Shown here: piece after piece, positions 34,897-49,201 of the stretch | Layout: each line of letters starts with the position of its first letter | Position numbering within the stretch: the first letter of the stretch is position 1 | Assembly: GCA_004022145.1 (NCBI GenBank) | Contig: RCNU01000006.1 | Direction: 5' to 3' (one strand) | Origin: Paecilomyces variotii | Taxonomy: Eukaryota | Length of the DNA stretch: 64,000 nucleotides | Notes under the pieces: model-generated | What the model was told of the DNA's origin: nothing | What the model saw: only the letters and a program-made list of their open reading frames with translations | The model's database searches: none | Translations under genes and position numbers: made by a program

Positions 34897-37800
34897 TCAC
34901 ATATTGGCAAGTTCATGATCAATCTGGCGATCTAGGAATGCCTTTCGCTCGCCAGTCAACTCGGTCTGGAGTCGTTGTTCGACAAGTGCGCGCACTGCAG
35001 AAGAACACTGTTAGCACCCAATATATTATACTATTGACGATCACCGATCGTAGCACGTACCTTGCTTCTTGGTCACACTGTCCAAATCAACCTCGGCCAA
35101 GCAGTTCTGGATGGCCTCGGTGATGGTAGCGTCGTCGGGTCCAGCACCTGGTCCACCTCGGAAATCAGGAACCGTGCTGACAGGCCTGGAATTGAAACCG
35201 GCAGTAAGAGGGCTCCGTGAACCCTGTCTTAGCAGATTCTCGGAGCTCTGCATCATTCCCATGCTATATCGGCTGGTATTCATGGGATTATCCTGGTAAT
35301 GGCTCAGGTTGCCCATGGACATTTGCCGCGAGTGGTTACCTCCCATTTGCGGGTGGTCGGTATACCTCGTAAAGCTGGAGAGGTGTGAGCTGCGGTTACC
35401 CGCAACGTTACCGGCGAATGGCGCAGGGGAATGCGGCGGCATATAAGGACCCGCCTGCCGACCATGACCGCCAAAACCGGTCAGGATGGTGGACGCTGGT
35501 TTGACCGAGGAGTACGTGGACTGCATATCGTCCAGCTCCATAGCCACATCATCAGTGTATCCGCCGTTGATGAACTTCTCCTGGCTCATGTCCGGGTTTC
35601 CGCGACGGCCTGGGAGGCCATTGGCAAGAGCATAGTCGTCCCATCGTTGCAAAGGAATGCTTCTGGGATCGAACACCTCATCCTCGACAGCGACCACACG
35701 CTTGTCTCCCTTCTCACCGATGACGACACGGGTGTTACCCCAACTGAAGTCGTCCTGTTTCCAGAATGAGTAGAGAGGCAGGATAACACTGTAAACCGGG
35801 TACGCGCAAAGATAGATAATCATCCAACCGACGTGCTGCCACTGTCGTTTGATAATGAAGATAACAGCTTGCAAACCGTAGACACAGGCAAGAAGGATGA
35901 TCGTAATCAAAGGGAACTGGCCCTGGTGGGTAGCGGCCAGAACAATCATATAGATCAGGTAGGCGCAGGTTGCCGGGAGGATAATAGTTCCCAGGAGATC
36001 GACGAGCACGACAAAACGCATACTAAAGCAGCAGAAACCACACAGATCCTTCAGCACAGCCAACTCGACCAGGTTGTGGACTGTCGAGTTGATCCACCGA
36101 CGTCTCTGGGAAAGCAAGACACTCCATGTTTCAGGTGCTGCAGTACTGGCGAAGGCATCCGGAATGAACTTGTACGACATGGAAGGGAAATGCTTGGTCA
36201 TGAGTGTAGTCAAATAACGATCTTCACCCAAGGACAGAAGATTCTTCTTGTGAAGGGTGTCGACGTCGTTATCGGAATACTCCTTAACAATCTGATCCGA
36301 AATGATCAGCGGACGGCCTTTATCCGCAGTTCGAAGACGGTACATGCAGAAACTGCTCTAGGGTCAGCCACCAGCTCAAACAGTCTGAAAAGGAAAGAAG
36401 TAGAAACTTACCATCCGGGAAGACAAGTGACACTGCCGAAAAGGGACTCGAATGCTTTGGTCAGGTGGTGCGAAATATAGTATTCGTACACCTGAATCAT
36501 GGTCCACCAACTCCGCTCTTCGTTTTGCAAACTGGTCTCACCGCAGATACCTGCAATCTTGGTATTATTGGCGCACGCTGCAACAAGCCGGTTGAGAGCA
36601 TCTTCTTTGACACTAGTATCCGCATCCACCATGAGAAGGAATTCATAGAGTTCAGGGTCGACACCAATGATGTTGTTGATCTGATGGAAGATTTCCAGCT
36701 CGAGAGGTGACATGGGGGCGCGATGATGGACCCGGTTAAGGAAGTTGAGTAGTAGAATCTGAGAGTCACGTTTGCCTCGGTTTCCAGGCTTCGACTTGGT
36801 CTGTTCCGACTCCTTTCCAACCTTGACGATCACAATGTACGGCACAACATTACCTTCGAATTCATAGAGACCGGAGTAGACCTTTCCATAGTTTAGCTGA
36901 TCGCTGCCCTGGCCAACGGATTTGAATGGTAAAGCGGGAGGATCAATTTTCGGGTCCACCCCGAGAATGTCGAGAACAATCTTAGGAGTTGGACGGTCGT
37001 TACCGGCACCAACAATCATTCCGTCACAAATGACACAGATCAACTTCCGCTTGTTGTCGTACTGAAGCGCCGTCAAAGAATCGAGACCTTTACGGAGTGC
37101 GTCTTCTCCTTCCGTGTATGCCGGGACTTGGCAAATAACGAACTTGTCTTGGGGAGCGGGCCGGCGCTTCGAGCCCAGCTGCAGTGCAGCAAGGAATTTG
37201 ATCAAAATGACGGAGCAGATGAGAATAGTGAAGGCCAACAGGATATAGTTATTGACCTGACACCTTGGTGAGTCTCTAAAATCGACCTCGCCAACGTAAA
37301 ACACATTGTTAAGACAGTTGAGAGCATTCTCGAATTGAACCGAATCCTGCCACTTGTCGGAGATATCCTGGCCCGGATTATTTTTGAAGAGGTCGGTGAC
37401 CCCCGAAGGAAGGAAGTCGTAGGTGTCCAGGTTGTCCATCATTTTCAGCGTATAGAAGTAATTGGTCAGGTCGTATATCTTCTTATTGAGTATGACCCAG
37501 TATCGCTCATCCGTATTGGCTTGAGACTGAACAGTGTTCTTGGTCCAGACCAGCTCTCCCTTGTAGTATTCCTTGATCTTTGGAAGAAACACATCTTCAT
37601 ACCAGGTGATTTTGTGTAAGGCAGTGTCCGGGTTGGGCTGATTGAGAGGACCACAGTCATGGAGAGCTTGAGAATACAGAACCGCGTTCGTGTTGTTGTT
37701 CTGCATTGTGATGGATTGACTCGTGACGAAAGGCTGACAGGCCCTGGTAAGCGGAGGAGGAAAGTAGGCGTCCAGGTTCTCGCCAGCGAACGGCTGCATG

Positions 37801-40442
37801 TTCGTCGAAGTTGTCTCGATAGCAGTATCACTGTGCTGAAGCCTCCAGAATTTGCTGATATCATACACTTTTCCATGGATGCTAACCCAAAAGTCGTTGT
37901 CACCCGTGTGATAGCCTACTTCTTTGCTGTTCCAGACCTTGTCTTTATTGGGACAAATGAGGTTGCCAAACGCAATGATGTAGAACAAGACAATGAAGTT
38001 GAACAGCAAGATGAGGAATACGAGAACGACCTTTTCTCGCCACGCCATACGAACATCCGGACGTTTCATGCGGCCCACGTAGCGAAGAACGAAGGATGGA
38101 ATCCAGAAGGTCATGGCCCAGACAAAGCCACTCCAGATCCGTCGTACTGGGGTAATTTGTTTCTTCTCGATATGTTTCGGATCGCCGAATTCTGGATCAA
38201 GTTCGCCCGTATAGCGACCGACGTCGCCATCGTAAAGCACATCATCGTACTTCTTTTGGTCTCCCTTGGTGCCCAGACCGTAGTCACCCCCTTGGGTATG
38301 GATTGAATGAGGCACGGTGGGAGCTATCGATCGTGATCCCCCGGCGATACTCTGTGGCTGTAGAAGGTTATCTCGGCTACCTTGCATGCCTATCGGTTCC
38401 ACCGGAGGAAAGAATCCGGAGGCATTGGGATTGGGAGCATTAGAGGAGTAGCCGCTCGCGAAGGGATCTGCCATCATGAAGGGGTTACCCTCGGGTTCGT
38501 CGGCCTTGAGATCGAGCATCGTCTCGGCTTCCCACCACGGGGTCTCTCGCATCCATATCCTTTCATGACCCAGTACCACCTCACCGTTGCTCCATCCCCT
38601 CTCCACGATCCAATTCTCGACTCCATCCCTACCTTCCATGCATCCCAGAGGCATGTAACGATTATAGAACTCGTCAATATCAAAGTCTGCGGTGAAGTCG
38701 AGGTTCTTGTGCCGGCGATTGGCCCATTCTGGGAGCCTCCATTCACGGAGTTGCCGGGATACAGTACCCGCGGACCACGCAGATGTTATCGATGGCAGAG
38801 AAGTCAAGCTCGCGGGGGCGTCATCTGTCGGATGAAGAGCAAGATGGTACCAAACTCTGCTGCTACCCAGGGTAGTAGCAAGGTCGAAACGACCTCGTTT
38901 GCCCAGAGTAATCCCTTCATTCTCCACAGGGAACAAGACCTGTTGCAGGAAAGCACCTGTCTCGATTTCGGCAGCCACCTTTTCCAGTACATTCTGCCTT
39001 TTATCATTCGCACGCTCTCTGTCACGGCTGGTAAGATTGTTCGTGATACCCAGATCAGGTCCAACTGCAGCCACTGCATTTCTCATTTCATTGAGGACAG
39101 ACTGGCCGGCAGGTATGATGTCAAGACCGTCTTCTTTCATCTCTGCATTGATCCCTAGGCTATCATCGAAGATGCCCCTCATAGCGACCGCTTTGCCTAG
39201 AGCAGGATCTGGGATGTCGACGATGGTGATGCCGACAGTATCGGCACTATCATCGTCTGAGAATGGGCTCCTGGCCCCTTGCCCACCTTGACTGGACCCA
39301 TTTTCCTGCGCATTCTGCAGTTCGCTCGCAATGGCTTCATTTGCCTTGCTGATGATCCAATCGACTAATGCTTCGTAGATTCCAGCAATCAAGACTTCCC
39401 TCTCGTCTGTGGAGCACTTCTCCATGAGAACCTCAGGTTCGATATCCAGAAGGGCCCCGACATCCTCACAGGTCTCTTCGAGTTCTTCCTGGTCAACCAT
39501 GAAACCGACCGCGTTGCCCAACTTCAGCAGACCGGCCAGGACAGAGAGCAAACCTCTCAGAGAGGCACCCTTGATACCGATAGCTTTCAGGGACGCTCTG
39601 AGGTCCTCTGCAGACGCTGCATCATCCGCTGTGGGCACATAGGATGGAGCATCATAAGTGTTGGACCTGTTGAGCAGAGCGTATGCGGAGGGATCCTTCA
39701 AGCTGAGGAACTCTCTCTCTGCTGGGGTGGACGCCGATGTGACGAGGTAGTAGAAGACATCGAAGGCACGGAATCCAGACTGCGCAGGTATGTTCAGGAG
39801 GCCTTCTGTCGTGTCGATACCAGAGGTTGCTAGGGCGAGAGATAGACCAGTCACCGCTCCTCGAAGGGTAAATGTGTAGGACACTGCGAGAGACGAGTGA
39901 CGGCCGTAGGACGGGTTAAATGGAGTTACCGTATACAGGAACGGACGAAGGGCAGACAGAGCCGTAAATGCGATCGGGGGAGTCGATAGCGGGAGGGAAG
40001 AGAGAAATGGCACCAACAAGGAAGGTGTCGAATGATGCATGGAGCTGTTTTCCTGTCAGCGTGTGCTCTGCGCCTCTTTCTGCATCTTGGTCTGTGGAAG
40101 CCAAATTCATCGTGACGCTTACCATAGAACGACACAGCCATCTTCTGCTCGTCGTCTGGCATGTTCCCATGCCTTTGTTGCCAGCTCTGGGTCGACCACA
40201 CCTCCCGTCGAGCCATCAGGACCGGTCTGAGAAGCGGTTAACCATGTATTTACCACCACACTGGACCCCGAATCTAGCTGGTACGGTCGCCCGGTAGCGT
40301 AGAAAGTGTGAAGTGTATTCAGCAAGGTGGTCGTGGACACCTGCGCTCCTTGCTGCGCCGCGGAGCGCAGTCCAGGAGCTGGAGCTGGAGGAGGGGCCGA
40401 GGAGTTCGAGTATATCGAGTAGCGAGTGGACATGCCGGCCAT
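34897..40442 (-). CDS. csmB: Class VII chitin synthase with degenerate myosin motor-like domain (CsmB type)
   Basis: Truncated myosin-like N-terminus with no recognisable P-loop; cytochrome-b5-like region; [44 protein letters not shown] tail [16 protein letters not shown]. Confidence 0.93.
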
Positions 40443-42806
40443 TTTGATCTATTCAGCTAGTGATGTGAAAGAAAAACAGTCTCTCTGCAGCGATGCCGCG
40501 ATATAGCCGCCAAATCGGGGCAGTTGAACGAGCGTGATGGGACGTGTGCCGTCAAAACATCTGCCGTCGAGGGTTGCTGTACAGCCGACAGCAATGGCGG
40601 CGCAAGAGACAAAGCGACCAACGAACCGATATTCAACCTTTCTGGCCTGATCACGAAATCAAGGACCTGTCCACATCAACAAGATGTTAGTGAGCCTCAG
40701 ATTAAAGAGTGTCTTATTATTCATGTACCCTGTGTGACCTCGAGCGTGGAACGAAAGAAGCGGGAAAACGAAGGTAACTAGAACGAACGGTGAGAGTGCA
40801 AGAATCGCTGCGTCAAACTGACAGCGCAAAAAACAAAACACACACACGTCCTGCAACGACGTCGTTCTGGAGAAGAAGATCGTACGGCAAAAGATCGAAG
40901 CTGGCCGGGTCGTCTGGATTGTTGATCTAGAGTAGGATAGTTTAGTTAATTACCCCGTTCTGGCAGCGTATCGAAAGATTACCGGGTGCTTTGTAATTCT
41001 GGAGCATGGGCATGGGCGCACTATTAATTACAAGATCGACCGCGTACAGTACATACATGTACAGACGTAGTGAGTTAGTTCGTTACGGCTACTTAGTTTA
41101 GCAACCTCCTAACCCTTCACGGTGGATTGCAGTGCGATCCGGGCGATGAGCTAGCGGGATCGTCTGCCTGTCTCCGACTCGAGCAGATCCCAGCGTCCAG
41201 ACATGTCCAATCAGTATGCCGACAATCTCAGACACTCTACCACACGAGGGAGGGCAGTCGAAATGCCAGCGTTATTTGGAGACCACACAAATAACGAGAA
41301 TAATCCCCTGCCAATATCTGGCTCAACTAACGAATGATAGCCAAAACGTGTAACGATCCGTACGGAGAGAGGTGTGCCTGGAGAGCCAGGCAGCCAATCA
41401 ACAACAGGCGGATCCCCGGCGCATCTGAGACGCCGTCGCTATATTTGGCTGTCTTTTGTTGCGCTTAGCTGTCTAGACTCCCAGAGTGCCAATAATCCTG
41501 GAGAGTACTCTTCTAGAGGATTACTCCAAGCATTTCTCTGCGCTGCTGCCATCTTCCATCGTGCTGATGTCTCCTATTTCTGACCCACACCCTGAATTTG
41601 ATATCTGGATCTGATGGAGTGGATTGGCTTTAAGCCTTTAACAGACGTCAATAATTCTCGCGTCGAGCAGGTTCCGTCGCGTCCCACAGTTGACCCGGTA
41701 ACTAAATACTCTAGAGTAGAGATCTGTCAGAACCGCGGGAAAAGACATGCTCAGGGAACAACCAACGAGAGCTTCACTGCGTTGGCAACTCTGCTTCCAC
41801 CGCCTTCCGTCTTCTTCCTAGTGTGCTGATGTGATCACTGATCACCGACGGCAATCCTCAGGGTCTCAACCTTCTTGCGAAGTTACCACGGTTTCTCAGT
41901 CCCGATCCACCTCTCCTGAACATGACCGTCTGCAACTCTGCCAGTGTTGGTTGATTCGATGCTTCGACCTGCCCTCCTGAGAGCCGTGTGTTCTTGACGG
42001 TATCCGCCCAGATCAGAGCGTCTCCATAATTGGTATTGCCCCTCATCCCATACGGGATCCGTCAATAATAATAATAGTATACTCGAACCGCCGGGAAGCT
42101 GGAATATGATCTCATCATCCTCTTCAGATGTGGTTGGTACTCTCGACCAGATATGTTCATAGTGTGCTTTCTATCCTCACCATCCCAGTTCCAGTTCACC
42201 ACGACAGAGCACACTTCTCTCGATCCGCTTAGTCAGGAGAACAGGAGAGGCGCCACCAATAACTAAGTAAAGAACCGAGAGTGACAGTCACACCCATACG
42301 GCCAGAACTTCAGAGAAGCGATTACCGCGGGCTTATCCGATGGCAACCATCATGAGACCTGAATAATACATAATGGCATGGGCGATGAATATGTGCGGCG
42401 CTGATGATACCTCTAGAAGGCACTAGTGTCGGAAGACCGATGGGGCATTGGACTGGTCTCAAACCGGAGGGCGAACGGCTAGAAGCCTTCTTGACGGCTT
42501 GTTCTTGTTGGCAGCATGGAGCCCGGACGGCGACTAGACTACTGCGATCTGGTCTCTGCCGGACGCTCGATGGGGCTAACAAGGTCTTGTCGAGCTAGAT
42601 CGCCTGAGTTAGCCACTCTCTAGTATCCCAGAATAGGAACCACTTTCTCCAGACGATATCGCGAGCATCGCGACTGGTTGTGAGAGAGTTAGTTGGTCTT
42701 GTTGCTTGTGTATGCGTATCAATACCAAATTTACGCGGGCGGTGTTTGGGCCCTTCCCTGCCACCCCGCCCAAACACCCAGTCACCCACATCCCAGCATT
42801 CTGTAG

Positions 42807-42830
42807 CGTATCGTATCGTATCGTATCATA
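42807..42830. repeat. (CGTAT)n pentanucleotide repeat in the csmB-csmA intergenic region
   Basis: cgtatcgtatcgtatcgtatcata visible directly. Confidence 0.85.
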
Positions 42831-43444
42831 ACCGTACAGTGACCCCAGACGTCCCAGTCCAGCGGTTTCGACAAAGCAAAACACTCGGCCGGTCGAAGGC
42901 TTGCGAAACAACATTCCACGGCCCTTGCCTTGGGATACCCTTTGTGCTTGATTCTTCGTGTGTTTTTTTTTTTCTTTGCTTCCTCGGTCCTCTCCGTTCG
43001 TTGTCCATGTCGACGTAATCTCCCCCTTCAGGATATTCGATCACTTCAGATCTCCTGAAGGCGTGGACGGCCACATTCGCTTTGTGCTGGACCCAGGACC
43101 GATGAATGCTCGTGCTTGACAAAATATCATCCCACATTCGCTATCCCCCCAAACGCTTAGACAGACTCCGGTAGGGGGCCTGTCGATTGTGTGACACCTC
43201 CATACCTATCGATCTGCAACATTCCCGGCTAAACTATCGCGGATTCCTCAGAACCACGTTTGTGAGGCAGCCAGCGTCTGGGCGTGTTTCTCCGGGTATC
43301 ATCGGTTGCAGCGTCTGGACGATACGAAGCGTGTGAATCGAGAATCCGGTCGCCTGCGAGAACTTCTCTGTGAAGCGACCGACAGAAGCAGATACACACC
43401 TCCAAGTTGTCGGCCGCAGTGTCGAGACGGCGACACCGGCAAAG

Positions 43445-46400
43445 ATGGCTACACATTCGTTTTCCGGGAGCGCACCCTCCCACGCTCAGTCGTCGTTACC
43501 ATCATTGCCCGCACATTTGCAATCAGATACGCATTTGACGGCCCATCTTGCTAGCAGGTATTTCAATCTTGGTTCTGTGGTCATCTTGAACAACGATGCT
43601 GATACTTGCGGCACAGGTTCCATGTTTCTCTGCCTACAGCCCGGCTATCGTCACAAGCTCTAATATGTCTCAACACTTACACATCCTCTGCCAAAGGCCC
43701 CGATGGGGGGAAGGAGGGGAGTGCGATGGGTGAAGCAGAGGACCTGGCCAGGCGGGCATGGACCAGGTTAGGTGCGCGTGGAGAGAACCAAGCCATTGTA
43801 TTCCTGTGAGTCTCAATCGACGAGAATACAAGACACTTCACAAACAGACAAAGCTGACGGTGATCGTGTAGGGGCGAATCAGGCGCTGGAAAGACCACTA
43901 TCCGGTCGCATTTGCTGTCATCGTTTCTCTCGTTTTCCTCCACGCCGCTGTCGACGAAGCTTTCCCTTGCTGCTTTCGTCTTCGACTCGTTGACGACGAC
44001 CAAGACGGTCACGACTCCGACCGCGTCGAAAGCCGGTCTTTTTTTCGAACTGCAGTACGATGGTTCGTCGTCGGTGAATCCGACCCTGATCGGTGGTAAG
44101 ATTATCGATCACCGGTTGGAACGCAGCCGCATTGCAGCAGTTCCCACGGGAGAGCGCAGCTTCCATGTGTTGTATTATTTGCTAGCTGGTACCAGTGCTG
44201 CAGAAAAGGCTCATCTGGGATTTGATAACTCGATCAATATCACCTCTGGTGGTACGGGCAATCTGTCGTCAGGAACAGTGAAGCACAAGAGATGGCGCTA
44301 TCTGGGTCACCCTACCCAACTCAAAGTTGGAATCAACGACGCAGAAGGCTTCCAGCACTTCAAGACGGCATTGAGAAAGCTCGAATTTCCTCGAAGCGAT
44401 ATTGCGGAAATCTGCCAGATCCTCGCCAGTATCCTTCATCTCGGACAGCTCGAGTTCACGACCGGCCAAGCCACAACGACAGCGGCAGAAGAAAGCGGCG
44501 GATACTCCCACGAAGGAGGAGAAACAGTAACTGTCGTGAAAAACAAAAATGCTCTCGAAATCGTGGCGGCATTCTTGGGTCTTAGTATGTACGATCTCGA
44601 GACCAGTCTCGGATATAAGACGAAGACGATCCACCGGGAACGCGTCACCATCATGCTAGACCCCCAGGGCGCGCGAGCAAACGCTGACGAACTCGCTCGT
44701 ACTCTGTACTCTCTTCTTGTCGCCTACGTGATCGAGAACGTCAACCAGAGAATCTGTGCGGCTGAAGACAGCGTTGCTAACACCGTATCCATCGTCGATT
44801 TCCCCGGATTCGCCCAGGTATCCTCTACCGGCTCCACCTTGGACCAGCTTCTAAGCAACGCCGCTGCCGAATGTCTCTACAACTACTGTCTTCAGAGTTT
44901 CTTTGATCGCAAGGCCGATGCGTTGGAGCGGGAGGAGGTCAGTGTGGCCGCAACAAGCTACTTCGACAACACCGACGCGGTGCGGGGACTCCTTAAATCT
45001 GGAAATGGCCTTCTCAGTATCCTGGATGACCAGACACGACGTGGCAGAACCGACGCTCAGTTCCTGGAAAGTCTGCGGAAGCGTTTTGAGAATAAGAACC
45101 CCGCCATCGTCGTTGAGTCCGCTACGGCGGTTCTGCCCGGAAGCAACTTTGTCAGTCCCAATGCTGCCGCTGCATTCACGGTGAAGCACTTTGCAGGAGA
45201 GGTCGATTACCCTGTGGAAGGCCTAGTAGAGGCTAATGGAGACATCGTCCCCGGTGACCTCATGAACTTGATCAACTCTACCAAGAGTGATTTCGTCCGT
45301 TCTCTGTTTGGGCAGGAGGCCTTGCAGACGATCACCCACCCTAAAGAGAAGACCGCCATCATGCAGGCGCAGGTGAGCTCCAAGCCGCAAAGAATGCCTA
45401 GTCTGGCGAGGCGCAAAGACAGTCCTCCAAGATTGTCGTCAATGGGCACGAGAATCAGCGAAGAGGCCGAAGATAGCAGCCACGCAGGTAGCATGACCAA
45501 GACTGGGGCCGGTAGGAGGAAAGGCACAATGCTTTCTCCCAAGCAGGGTGCAGCAGGCCAATTCCTAGCTTCACTTGATATTATCAACAAGTCCCTCAGC
45601 GCACCCAATGTCAATCCCTATTTCGTCTTCTGCTTGAAGCCCAACGATCGCAGGATTGCCAACCAGTTCGACAGCAAATGTGTTCGCGCTCAGGTGCAGA
45701 CATTCGGAATCGCAGAGATCAGCCAACGGTTGCGCAATGCAGACTTTAGTGTGTTCCTGCCATTTGCTGAATTCTTAGGTCTCGCTGAAGTGGACACTGT
45801 TGTTGTAGGAAGTGACAGGGAGAAAGCGGAGGCTGTCTTGTCGGAGAGGAAATGGCCCGGCAACGAAGCAAGGGTAGGCAGCACTGGCGTTTTCTTGAGT
45901 GAAAGATGCTGGGCGGACCTTGCCAAAGTGGGTGAGCGTGTCGTGCCCGTCTATTCCGCCGATGGATTGGATGACGGGGATGCCGTATATCCAGGACACG
46001 GTCCTTACGGCGACTCTAAGGTCCGGCTGCTCAACCCCGTCGAACACTCTCCAGGTGCTTATATTTACGGGGACGAGACCAAACAAGGCTACTTCGGTAG
46101 TCGCGAACTCGATGGCCGCTCGGATGCGGGAGCATCAGCCTTCAACCACGACATGTTCCAGAATCTCGAGACCCGAGAGCAAATGGCCGAGAAGAGTAAT
46201 GAACGTAACATGGAAGAAGTTGAAGATGTCCACGTCTCCGGCAGCCGTAAGCGATGGCTGGCTATCGTCTACCTTCTGACATTTTGGATCCCAGATTTTA
46301 TGATCCGGTTTGTGGGTCGAATGAAACGCAAGGATATTCGAACTGCATGGCGTGAAAAACTCGCCATCAACATGATTATCTGGTTTAGTTGTGGCTTGGC

Positions 46401-49201
46401 GATTTTCATTATCGTCTGGTTCCCTGGCCTGGTCTGTCCAACCCAGCATGTCTACTCGACATCTGAACTGGCTTCACATAACGGAAAGAAAGGCCAGAGC
46501 TCTTATGTGGCCATTCGGGGTCTTGTCTTTGACTTGGGAGAGTTCATGCCTTCACATTATCCAAGCATCGTTCCGCAGTCTGCCCTGAAGAAGTACGCGG
46601 GTACTGATGCAACCGCGCTTTTCCCGGTCCAGGTCTCTGCTCTTTGCCAGGGCACGACTGGTTCGGTCGACCCTACTGTCCTTCTTGACTATTCTCCGAC
46701 CAATGTCACTGATTCTGGAACTGCCGTCAGTAGTACTGACGCAAATGCGCAATACCACGATTTCCGCTATTTCACTAACGACTCGCGACCTGACTGGTAT
46801 ATTGAGCAGATGATGATGCTACGCGCCAATTACCAGAAAGGTTACATAGGCTACAGTGCTCAGTACATGAAGACCCTTGCCGACAAGTCAACCTACATTG
46901 CCAGCATCAATGGCGATGTCTTTGACTTCACCAGTTACGTTGCGGGAGGACGCAGGACACAGGCACCTATTGGAAAGTCAGTGCCCAAAAACGTTAATAC
47001 TGACTTCATGGAGCCTACCGTTGTCCAGTTGTTCCAGGAACGAGCAGGACAGGATATAACGAAGTACTGGCAGAATCTGGACCTGGATCCCGAGTTGAGA
47101 GATCGGATGTGGCGCTGTATGAATAACTTATTCTTTGTCGGGCACGTCGATACTCGAAACTCGCCTAGGTGTCAATTCGCTCAATACTTCCTTCTCGCCA
47201 TCTCGATCACGCTTTGCTCGGTTATCACATTCAAATTCTTTGCGGCATTGCAGTTTGGTAGGAAGAATACTCCGGAACACCTGGACAAGTTCGTTATCTG
47301 TCAGGTACCTGCCTATACTGAGGACGAGGAGTCTCTCCGCCGTGCTATCGACTCTATGGCTAGGATGAAGTACGATGACAAACGAAAGCTGTTGTGTATT
47401 ATCTGTGACGGTATGATCATTGGTCAGGGCAACGACCGCCCAACCCCGAGGATCGTCCTTGATATTCTGGGTGTTCCGGACAATGTGGACCCTGAGCCTC
47501 TAAGCTTCGAGAGTTTGGGTGAAGGCTTGAAACAGCACAACATGGCCAAGGTTTACTCGGGTCTTTATGAAGTGCAGGGTCATATTGTCCCTTTCCTGGT
47601 GGTCGTGAAGGTCGGAAAGCCTTCTGAAGTCTCCCGCCCCGGTAATCGCGGTAAACGTGATTCCCAGATGGTGTTGATGCGCTTCTTGAACCGTGTCCAC
47701 TATAACCTGCCAATGAGTCCCATGGAGCTCGAGATGCACCACCAGATAAGGAATATTATCGGTGTGAATCCCACTTTCTACGAGTTTATCCTACAAGTCG
47801 ACGCCGATACCGTGGTTGCTCCGGACGCCGCCACGAGATTTGTGTCTTCATTCATCAGCGATACCCGTCTCATCGGTCTCTGTGGTGAAACGGCCCTGAG
47901 CAACGCCAAGTCCTCGATTGTGACAATGATCCAAGTCTACGAATACTATATCTCTCACAATTTGACAAAAGCCTTCGAGAGTCTCTTCGGATCAGTCACT
48001 TGTCTTCCAGGATGTTTCAGTATGTACCGGATTCGTACTGCGGAAACAGCAAAACCTTTATTCGTTAGCAAGGAGATTGTGCAAGCATACTCGGAAATCC
48101 GTGTCGACACGTTGCACATGAAGAATCTGCTGCACTTGGGTGAGGATCGATATCTGACCACGTTATTGATGAAGCATCACCCGACATTCAAGACAAAGTT
48201 CATCTCCAGTGCTCAGGCTTGGACTATCGCGCCCGATAGCTGGACGGTCTTCCTATCCCAACGTCGCAGATGGATCAACTCCACTGTCCACAACCTTGTT
48301 GAGCTGATTCCTCTTCAACAGCTGTGCGGTTTCTGCTGTTTCAGTATGAGATTCATCGTCTTCGTCGACCTTCTCAGTACGGTGATTATGCCGGTTACTG
48401 TTGCTTATATTATTTACCTCATTGTCTGGATTGCCAAGGATCCCAGTAGTATTCCGTTCACTGCCTTCATCCTTCTGGGTGCCATCTATGGTCTGCAAGG
48501 TATCATCTTTATCCTGCGACGCAAGTGGGAAATGGTTGGATGGATGATCGTCTACATTTTTGCAATGCCTGTGTTCTCACTGGCCCTTCCCCTGTATGCC
48601 TTCTGGCATATGGACGACTTCTCTTGGGGTAACACTCGTGTCGTCACGGGAGAGAAGGGCCGCAAGGTTGTCCTCTCCGACGAGGGCAAGTTCGATCCTG
48701 CTTCTATTCCAAAGAAGAAATGGGAGGAATACCAGGCGGAACTATGGGAGGCCCAGACGTCTCGGGACGACCGCTCAGAGGTCTCCGGCTTCTCCTATGG
48801 TACCAAGTCATACCACCCCGCGCAATCCGAATACGGATTCCCTGGATCTCGGCCCATGTCTCAAATGGATCTCCCGCGCTTCGGTTCCCGCATGTCCTTG
48901 GCTGCTTCTGAGATGATGGGCCGCAGGGACATGGAGATGGAGGATCTCGCTGGTCTGCCAAGCGATGATGCCGTCCTCGCCGAGATCCGTGAGATTCTGA
49001 GGACGGCAGACCTGATGACCGTTACGAAGAAGAGTATCAAACAGGAGCTAGAGAGGCGCTTCGGTGTCAACCTGGATGCAAAGAGACCGTACATCAATTC
49101 TGGTAAGTTGCCTTTTCCCCTTCATTGCGTCACGCTCAATATAAATACTAACCGGGGTCCTCTCCGCAGCTACCGAAGCCATCTTATCCGGCCAGCTCTA
49201 A
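43445..49201 (+). CDS. csmA: Class V chitin synthase with myosin motor-like domain (CsmA/ChsE type)
   Basis: [25 protein letters not shown]-loop GESGAGKT across intron 2, [44 protein letters not shown] tail ([16 protein letters not shown]...|[10 protein letters not shown]). Confidence 0.96.

Noticed and set aside
35431-39642. Long antisense/shadow ORFs over csmB (and similarly over the helicase, PMS1, csmA and KH genes)
   Set aside because: No domains; expected by-product of codon bias on the opposite strand of real genes.
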